From an uncultured Verrucomicrobiae bacterium (lineage in GTDB: Bacteria > Verrucomicrobiota > Verrucomicrobiia > Chthoniobacterales > JAATET01), in NCBI GenBank assembly GCA_963719495.1, contig CAVRCI010000002.1:704001-768000 (forward strand): a DNA stretch of 64,000 nt, read 5' to 3'. Below are positions 56,295 through 64,000 of the stretch, in pieces. The position numbers and the translations under genes are program-made. How positions within the stretch are numbered: the first letter of the stretch is position 1; each line of letters opens with the position of its first letter. Under the pieces are notes generated by a model. It made no database searches, had not been told where the DNA came from, and was given only the letters and a program-made list of their open reading frames with translations.

Positions 56295-57514
56295 CTAGTA
56301 TACTGTAACGCGCTATCTTGCGTATTGAGTCGCGCTCATCGGAGCGGTATGTGGGTGGATGGCAAATCGATATCGCATCACTTTAACCGAGTCCGAACGT
56401 GAGTATTTGAGCGCGCTGGGCCGGACTTCCAAAACCGACGCCAAGCGATGTGTGCATGCTCGAACGCTTTTACTTTGCGACGTTGGCGAGCACGCGCCAG
56501 GTAGAACAGTGTGGAGGGTGGCGGATGTCGCCAGTGCTCTGGGGATCGGCGTTCGCACCGTCGAACACATCAAGGAGCGCTTCGTGGAGGATGGGTTGGA
56601 GGCAGCGCTTGGACGCAAGCCGAGAACCGGTCCTCCGAGGATTACCTTCGATGGAGCCTTTGACGCGAGGGTGACCGCCTTGGCGTGCTCCGATCCTCCC
56701 GATGGACGCGCCCGGTGGACCGTCCGTCTTCTCGCCGACAAAGTCGTGGAACTCAAGATTGCCCCCAGCGTTTCGACGATGACCATTCAGCGGTCTCTAA
56801 AAAAAACGAATTACGCCCTCATCTGAGCAAATATTGGAAGATCCCTCCAGACGGCAGCGCCGCTTTCGTTGCTTGCATGGAGGACGTTCTCGAACTCTAT
56901 CACGCACCCTACGATGCGCTCTTCCCCCTCGTCTGTATGGATGAGTCGAGCAAGCAACTCGTTGGCGAAGTCCACGCGCCCATCGCCAGCGCTCCCGGCA
57001 GGGCGCGGATCGAAGACCACGAATACGTCCGCAACGGCGTGGCCGAAATTTTCCTCGAAGTCGAGCCGCTGGGCGGACGCAGACATCTGGAAATCACCGA
57101 ACGCCGCACCCGCATCCAATGGGCTCAGTTCATTCGCAGCATGCTCGACGAACGCTATCCCCACGCGACCAAGGTGCGCTTGGTCATGGACAACCTCAAT
57201 ACGCACAACATCGCTTCGCTCTACGAAGCCTTCCCTCCCCAGGAAGCTCGCCGACTGGCCCAACGCCTTGAGATCCACTACACCCCAAAACATGGCAGTT
57301 GGCTCAATGTCGCCGAGATCGAGTTCAGTGTCCTTCAGTCCCAATGCCTGAATCGTCGCATTCCTAACATTGAAACGCTGCGCTCGGAAGTCGCGGCTTG
57401 GGAGGCCGCCCGGAACGAAGCCGCCCGCACCACTTCGTGGCGCTTCACCACCGCCGACGCGCGGGTCAAATTGAGACGGTTATATCCGCAGCTTTAGTCG
57501 TTACAGGATACTAG
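56295..57514 (+). mobile_element. IS630-family element
   Basis: CTAGTATACTGTAACG / CGTTACAGGATACTAG ends including CTAG sites. Confidence 0.9.
56359..57497 (+). CDS. IS630 transposase, two ORFs joined by a frameshift at A8 (56799-56806)
   Basis: HTH orfA (RWTVRLLA); DDE orfB (CMDE, MDNLNTH, SWLNVAEIE). Confidence 0.88.
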
Positions 57515-57570
57515 CAGCCTGTCGGACTTAGAGGGACGACAAAAGGAGAGGAAGCTGTCAGCTTGGGGAA

Positions 57571-58105
57571 ATGGCAGTGCGATACGTCAACGTCGATCAT
57601 GAAACCCCGTTACTTTTGCCGCCGAACCTTCGGGACTGGGTTCCGGCGGGCCACATGGTTCATTTTGTGATGGACGCGGTGGGAGCGTTGGACCTTGGAG
57701 CCGCGAAGAAGAACGAACGAGGGACGGGGTCGGCGCAGTATCCGCCGTCGATGATGCTTGGGTTGCTGATTTACAGCTATGCCACGGGGACTTTCGGCAG
57801 TCGGCGCATAGAGACACTCACGCATGAGAACGTGGCCGTTCGCTACCTGTGTGCCGAACACCATCCCGACCACGACTCGATTTGCAAGTTTCGGCGCGAG
57901 AACGCGGAGTTGCTGAGCAGCAGCTTTCACCAAGTGCTCGAGCTGGCAGCCGGGTCCGGAGTCCTGAAGGTGGGAGAGCTGAGCGTCTCGCTCGACGGCA
58001 CCAAACTTCTGGCCAAAGCCGAAGAGGCCGACAGCACCCCACCGGCCGACGGGTTGGAGATCCCGCAGGAAATCAAGCTCCGAGATGACCGATTGGCCAA
58101 GCTCC
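57571..58105 (+). pseudogene. IS1182 transposase N-terminal part
   Basis: LLLPPNLRDW, YPPSMMLGLLIYSY, PDHDSICKFR, LDGTK. Confidence 0.85.
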
Positions 58106-60011
58106 CAGGGCATTTGGCTTGAAGCGCGAGGAAGCTGATAGGTAGGGGAAAAGAGAAATGGCTAGACAAAAGCGCGTCGAAAAGCTGAACTACGGTGGTG
58201 AAAAAGCAGGAGACCAGGAAAGGCGAGGGCATTGAAAGCAAGGCAACGCGATTGGAAGTGAAGGTAGCGCATTCGGCGGGGGACTGGCGCCGAGCGAAAG
58301 AGGCCCTTGGGCGAGAGCATGGGTTGGGAGCTGGGAGCGAGGCGGGAGACCGGCTCTGTCAGTTGGTAATGGAGGAAGGGAAGCTTGCCGGGGTAATGGT
58401 GTGGTGTGCGGCGGCGTGGCATTTGAAGGATCGGGACGAAGCGGTGGGATGGGATGCGGTGACGCGCTCGGAGCGGCTCAAGCTGGTGGTGCAGCTGCGA
58501 CGCTTTCTGGTTTTGGAAGAGGCACGACGGCCGAACCTGGCCAGCCAATGTCTTGGGGCCGGGATGCGGGAACTGGTGGAGCAATGGGAAAAGGCCCACG
58601 GATACCGACCACTTCTGGCCGAAAGCTTCAGCGATCCAGAAAGCCATGCGGGAACGGTTTACAAAGCGACGAACTGGACGCAGGCGGGAACGACGAAGGG
58701 GTTTTCGCAAGACCACACCGACTACTACATCCCCAACGGGAGGCCCAAGAAGCTGTGGCTCAAAGAGCTCGCGCCCAAGGCCTGCGAGTTGATGAGCGCG
58801 CGCGAGTTGCCCGAAGCCAGCAAGGGGGCCTTGGTCGGACGCGGGGGAGCCCGCAGTCCGCTCAAGAACGCCGGACTCAAAAGCCTGCGCGACGCCTTGA
58901 GGGAGGTGCCCGATCCGCGTCACCCCAAAAGCCGCCGCCACCCCCTATCGGCGATGTTGACCCTGATCTCGCTGGGGTTGCTCATGGGAGCGCGCGACGT
59001 GCTCGATATCTGGAGGAAAGTGGCCTGCCTTTCCCAGAGCCAAAGAGAGGTGATCGGCCTGCGGGTGCGCGACAAGCAAAGTAAGCGGCTCAAGATGCCC
59101 GGCTACGATGCGCTCAACGACCTGCTGGCCGCCGTGGAACCCCACGCCTACGCCCATGCGCTGACGGCCTGGTTGCAAGCCAACGCGGGAGTGCTGCCCC
59201 GCAGCCTGGCCCTGGATGGCAAAAGCGTGGGCGATGGACGCTGCGGCATGATCGTGACCCTTTGCCGTCATGAAGACGGGCGTCCGGTGGCCATGATCCC
59301 GGCCAGCGGAAAAAAAGAAGACTGCGAAGTCTCCGAAGCCCGCGCCCTGCTCTCCAATCCCGGGGTGGAACTGGTCAACGCGCTGGTCACGGCCGACCCG
59401 CTTCACAACAAAGAGGCCACCGCGCGAGTCATCCTGGAAAAGGGAGGCGACTACCTCATCGGCACAAAAGCAAATACCTCCAAACGATTGGAGGCAGCCA
59501 CCCGCGCCCTGGAGGGCTCCCCTTTTTTGACCTGAGCTGCGAAGGCGATCACGGGCGCATCGACTCCCGCAAAGCCGCCGTCCAACCCATCTCCCCAGTC
59601 TCCGCCGGGCTGCCCGGTGCCCGCTCCGCCATCACCGTGCAGCGCGACTGGCAGGAAAAGAAAGACCCCCACCAAACGCCCAAGAGCCATACCCGTATCT
59701 TCCTTTCCAGCCTGAAACCGGAAGAAAAATCCCGTTCCACCCGCGCCGTTCGCGAGCACTGGAGCATCGAGAACCGCAATCACCACAAACGCGACGCCTC
59801 CGCCTGGCAAGAAGATCGGCACCGACATCGCAGACCAAAAGCTGCCCTCAACCTCGCCCTCACCCGCAACGTCCTGCTCGCCCTCATTCCCTTTGAGCAC
59901 GGGCAACCCCTCGCTCACTTCTTCGAACTCTACCACCGACACCCAGCAAAAGCTCTCAACCTTATCCTTCACGCTCGCCCCGCCCTATGACCCTTCCAGC
60001 CAAACGCCCTG
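58106..60011 (+). mobile_element. ISAs1-family IS, copy 2 (complete, 1906 bp)
   Basis: IRs CAGGGCATTTGGCTTGAAG / CTTCCAGCCAAACGCCCTG; 10-bp TSD GCCAAGCTCC at 58096-58105 and 60012-60021. Confidence 0.95.
58195..59990 (+). CDS. DUF4338/DruA-like-ISAs1 transposase fusion, -1 frameshift at CCCCTTTTTT (59519-59528)
   Basis: ORF1 58195-59535; -1 frame continues DHGRIDSR..VREHWSIENRNHHKRD..ED. Confidence 0.88.
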
Positions 60012-60779
60012 GCCAAGCTCCAAGAAGCCAAGACCGCCTTGGAAGCCCGGGCCAAAGTCCGCTTCGAGCAGGAAAGCGCGGCCCACGCCGAAAAGCTCGC
60101 CGCCCGCGCTCAAAAGCATCAAAGCACCGGGCGCATGGCCCGGGGCAAGGAGCCCGCGCTGCCCATCGAAGGCCCTGGACCCAAGGACCAGTATAATTTT
60201 ACCGACCCCGAGAGCCGAATCATGAAGGACAAAGGCAGCTTCGCGCAGTGCTACAATGCGCAGGCCGCCGTGGAGGTCGAAACCATGCTCATCGTCGGCG
60301 CACACCTCACCGACGCACCCAACGACAAGCAACAACTCCAACCCGGGCTCGAGTCAGTGAGTCCGGCCGTGGGCAGCGTGGCCCGCGTGCTCGTTGACAG
60401 CGGCTACTACAGCCAGGAAGCGGTCGCAGCCGCGGAAAGCCGGGACGGGAACCCGAAAGTTTACGCCGCACAAAAACGTCAGCCGCACGGGCGCAGCGTC
60501 GCCGATCTGGAGCAACGAGAAGACCCTCCCGCGCCGCCGCCCGACGCGACGTCGGCCGAAATCATGGCCCACCGACTGGCCACCGCATCGGGCCGCAACC
60601 TTTACGCCCTGCGTAAACAGACCGTCGAACCAGTCTTTAGCATCATCAAAGAGGCCATGGGATTCCGGCGATTGCTATTGCGTGGCCAAGAGAAAGCCGC
60701 ACTGGAATGGTCGCTTGTGACCACCGCCTACAACCTCAGACGCCTCTTCGGACTCGGAATGAAGGTCGCAAGAGCGTAA
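60012..60779 (+). pseudogene. IS1182 transposase C-terminal part
   Basis: NFTDPESRIM, YNAQ, VDSGY, RKQTVEPVF. Confidence 0.85.
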
Positions 60780-61133
60780 AGAGTCCGCCATCACGCCACC
60801 ATCCGTGCTGGCAGAGAGTCCAAAACGCTCTTCACCGGGTTCCCTCGCTCCAATCCCATCTTTTTCGTCATCGCCGCCGGCCAATCCAACCTCGTTTCAA
60901 GAAACTTCCACGCCAACGCTCTGGCTCCAAGTCCGACAGGCTGCTAGGCCGCAATACATCGAAGGGTCAGATCAAAACGCCACTGTTTTGCGGGTTTTCG
61001 GCAGGAATGTGCAAGATTCCATTCGCTTTGAACTCCGGCCCTTTCGAGGAATACCCTCCGTGCATGCTGCTCTGGATGCTCTGACTCATGATCTCGAACC
61101 TTGCTCAACAGAGTAAAAAACTGCCAACGGTGT

Positions 61134-61152
61134 GCTTAAAGCAGTGCCATTC
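61134..61152. mobile_element. Orphan IS4-type end next to GGGTCAG
   Basis: GCTTAAAGCAGTGCCATTC then GGGTCAGG; exact reverse complement of element B's left IR. Confidence 0.75.
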
Positions 61153-61617
61153 GGGTCAGGTCATTCCTTTGACACATCGGTTGGACAAACGGGTCTGGAA
61201 CAGGGTTTTCGGAAGGGTCGCCCGATGTGCCATTGTGATTTGCCAATCCCGTTTCCTTTTCCTCGCGGGCCGGATTCACGGGATTGGAAGGATTGAGTTC
61301 CTGTTTTTTCTGGATGAATGCCCGTTCTCCCAAGGGGTAAGGGAGTCATTTCCCTGACTTCCTCATCATCCTGTCAATCCCGTAAATCCTGTCTCGAATT
61401 CCTCTCGAGATTAAAGGGTTGGGGAAGCGCGCTGGGCGCTCCGTGGTAGCGGCTCGGTGCGTTCGGATGACGATCGGACTCGTGTGAGTGACTGCGGGGT
61501 CTATCGCGGAGTATCGTGGGTTTTCCTGTTGCTGGACGGAACTGGTGACCGGAAGTGGGCACCCGGCGGCGCGGCTGCCCTACCCTGGACGGGGTGCGGC
61601 TTCGCCGCTGAATTTTT

Positions 61618-62412
61618 TTACTCGGTCGTTTGGAGGAGGAAGGCCCGGTCGGCTGCTTCGATGGGGTCACTGATGGGGATCGCGGGGGCGATGGGGTCGG
61701 CTGCTGGGGCGGGGATCGACTGTTCGAGCGTGCTGGGTTGCTCGTCGGCTAAGTCTTCCTGACGCGGTGCCTCGCTCGGGAGAATGGTGATGGGGGCGTC
61801 GAGGGTGGGGGTCAGGGGGTTGTTCGCGGGAGTCGGGCTGACGTTGGCGGCGAGCGGGAGGCCGCGGACTTCGAATTCGGTGCGGGTGGTCTCGGCGAGG
61901 ACTTCTTCGGCGGATTTGAGGGGCTCGGTGGCGGCGGGCGGCGGCTGGGGTTTATCCTGATCCTCGCGCAGGCGGATGACGTTGATGGTGAGGGCGTAGA
62001 TGAAGACGCCGAGGGCGACGAGGACGACGAGGACCGCAACGCCGATGAGCGTGGGCAGGAGCGGGCTTCGCTTGGGGCGGTTGACGATGTTGGGGCGGAG
62101 GGGGGGGAGATCGCTTTCGGCGTAGCGGGTGTAGGCGTAGCCTTCGACGGCGACCTGGCCGCTGTCGGGGAGGAGTTCGCGCACTTTTTTCAGGGGAACG
62201 CCGAGGTATTTGGCGTAGGCGATGATGAACATGCGCGCGTAGCTGGGGTTGCTGAAGGAGGAGAGGTCGTCGTTCTCCATGTCGCGGATGCGCTGGGCGC
62301 GCATGCGGGTTTCCTTGGCGGCCTTTTCAACGGGAATGCCTTTGCTTTCGCGCTCGCTGGAGAGGAGGACGCCGATGGAGAGGGCGAGTTGGCCGGTGGT
62401 GTCGCTTTTCAT
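61618..62412 (-). CDS. RodZ-like HTH membrane protein
   Basis: IGVLLSSERESKG..YARMFIIAYAKYLG; one TM; downstream of ftsK. Confidence 0.75.
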   Translation of the reverse strand: MKSDTTGQLALSIGVLLSSERESKGIPVEKAAKETRMRAQRIRDMENDDLSSFSNPSYARMFIIAYAKYLGVPLKKVRELLPDSGQVAVEGYAYTRYAESDLPPLRPNIVNRPKRSPLLPTLIGVAVLVVLVALGVFIYALTINVIRLREDQDKPQPPPAATEPLKSAEEVLAETTRTEFEVRGLPLAANVSPTPANNPLTPTLDAPITILPSEAPRQEDLADEQPSTLEQSIPAPAADPIAPAIPISDPIEAADRAFLLQTTE

Positions 62413-64000
62413 CAGAGGGTGTCGAGGTCGACGAGGATTTCGCGGTCTTTGGCGCCGTCCTTGGGGCCGACGATGCCGCGGGATTCGAGGATGTCGACGA
62501 CGCGGGCGGCCCGGGTGTAGCCGAGGCGCAGGCGGCGTTGCAACATCGAGGTGGAGCATTTGCCCTCCTGCTTGATGATGTCGAGGCACTTGTCGACGAG
62601 TTCTTCGTCGGCTTCGCTGATTTCTTCTTCGGGCGGGGCGTTGCTGGTGAGTTTGTCGTGGATGCTGGGCTCGAAGTGGGGTTTCGACTGGTTGGAAACG
62701 AAGTCGACGATGCGGGCGATCTCGTCGTCGGTAACGAGGACGCCCTGGGTGCGGACGAGCTTGGCCGTGCCGGGGGGGAGGTAGAGCATGTCGCCCTGGC
62801 CGATGAGGCGCTCGGCTCCGTTCTCGTCGAGGATGACGCGGGAATCGATCTTGGAGGCGACCTGGAAGGCGATGCGGGAGGGGATGTTCGCTTTGATGAT
62901 GCCGGTGACGACGTCGGCGCGGGGCGTCTGGGTGGCGACGACGAGGTGGATGCCGGAGGCGCGGGCTTTCTGGGCGATGCGGGCGATGCTGGATTCGACG
63001 TCGGCGGGGGCCGTCTGCATGAGGTCGGCGAGTTCGTCGATGATGACCACGATGTAAGGCATCTGCTCGGGGATGATGATCTCGTCGACGTCGCGGGGGA
63101 CGGCGATCTTGTTGCGGGACGTGGTGGTCCAGTCGTCTTCCTCGTTCTCGGGGATCTGGTCCTCGAGCTCGGCGGCGGCGGCGAGGGCTTCGATGGGGTC
63201 GAGCTTTGGCTGGGCGGCATTTGGGGTGGGGGGGGGCGCCTTGGGTGAGGAAAACGGCTCGGCGGGAGCCTCGCCCTCCGGGTTTGGAGCGCCCTGCGGG
63301 CTTGGTGCGCCCGGCGGGCTCGAGTCTTCCCAGGGCGGGGTGTCTTTTTTGCTTTCGGCTTCGTCGAGTTCGGCTTGGGTTTTTGGTTTGGGTCGGTCGT
63401 TGAAGGTGGCGATGTTGCGGACGTTCGTTTTGGCGAAGATGCGGTAGCGGTTTTCCATTTCGTCGACGACCCAGCGGAGGGCCATGAGGACCTTCTTGGG
63501 GTCGGTGACGACGGGGGTGACGAGGTGGGGGAGGGTGTTGTAGATCTGCATCTCGACGACCTTGGGGTCGATCATGATGAAGCGGAGCTCTTCGGGGGTG
63601 AAGCGGAAGAGGAGGCTGGCGATGATGGAGTTGATGCAGACGGATTTGCCGGAGCCGGTGGTGCCGGCGACGAGGCAGTGGGGCATGGCGGCGAGGTCGC
63701 CGATGATGGCGTTGCCGTAGACGTCCTTGCCGAGGGTGAGGGGGAGGCGGGCTTTGGAGTCGGTCCAGGCCTCGGACTCGAAGAGCTCGCGGACGGTGAT
63801 TTTCACCTTCTTCGCGTTGGCGATTTCGATGCCGACGGTGTCCTTGCCGGGGATGGGGGCGATGATGTTGATGCGCTCGGCGCGGGTGGCGCGGGCGATG
63901 TCGCGTTCGAGGGTGACGATGCGGTCGACGCGGACGCCTTTGGCGGGGTAGATCTCGTAGCGGGTGATGGTGGGGCCCTTGGTGATGTCGCCGGGCGAGG
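62412..64000 (-). CDS. ftsK: DNA translocase FtsK (5' part outside the window)
   Basis: AGTTGSGKS, IDELADLM, ATQTP, LQRRLRLGYTRA gamma domain. Confidence 0.96.
   Translation of the reverse strand, partial: SPGDITKGPTITRYEIYPAKGVRVDRIVTLERDIARATRAERINIIAPIPGKDTVGIEIANAKKVKITVRELFESEAWTDSKARLPLTLGKDVYGNAIIGDLAAMPHCLVAGTTGSGKSVCINSIIASLLFRFTPEELRFIMIDPKVVEMQIYNTLPHLVTPVVTDPKKVLMALRWVVDEMENRYRIFAKTNVRNIATFNDRPKPKTQAELDEAESKKDTPPWEDSSPPGAPSPQGAPNPEGEAPAEPFSSPKAPPPTPNAAQPKLDPIEALAAAAELEDQIPENEEDDWTTTSRNKIAVPRDVDEIIIPEQMPYIVVIIDELADLMQTAPADVESSIARIAQKARASGIHLVVATQTPRADVVTGIIKANIPSRIAFQVASKIDSRVILDENGAERLIGQGDMLYLPPGTAKLVRTQGVLVTDDEIARIVDFVSNQSKPHFEPSIHDKLTSNAPPEEEISEADEELVDKCLDIIKQEGKCSTSMLQRRLRLGYTRAARVVDILESRGIVGPKDGAKDREILVDLDTL

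Larger units (their letters stand above)
57511..60947 (+). mobile_element. IS1182-family element interrupted by ISAs1 copy 2
   Basis: CTAGCAGCCTGTCGGACTT / AAGTCCGACAGGCTGCTAG ends. Confidence 0.88.

Overview
GC-rich bacterial chromosome segment, probably Verrucomicrobiota (inferred from the PEP-CTERM protein and gene content, not verified). About 1.8-47.5 kb and 61.6-64 kb are mostly housekeeping genes: a CzcCBA-type metal efflux operon, gap-pgk-tpiA, aroK, purE, murJ, rpoN, tmk, pyrRBC, tgt and ftsK. These regions carry many REP-like palindromes and 7-/9-mer repeats, some read in-frame inside proteins. An accessory island at about 47.7-61.2 kb is organised around a short repeat, CCAATGAACGGACTGACCCCTTYGA (GGGGTCAG on the other strand). 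The repeat bounds gene fragments and is the insertion target of an IS110 recombinase element, two IS4-family elements and a MITE. The IS110 non-coding end contains candidate bridge-RNA guides matching this repeat. The island also holds a nested IS630/IS1182/ISAs1 stack. The ISAs1-family element (two near-identical copies and one decayed relative) fuses a DUF4338/DruA-like, Mom-like domain to its transposase and needs a -1 frameshift. No CRISPR array, rRNA or tRNA was recognised. All family assignments come from motif recognition by eye; no searches were run.
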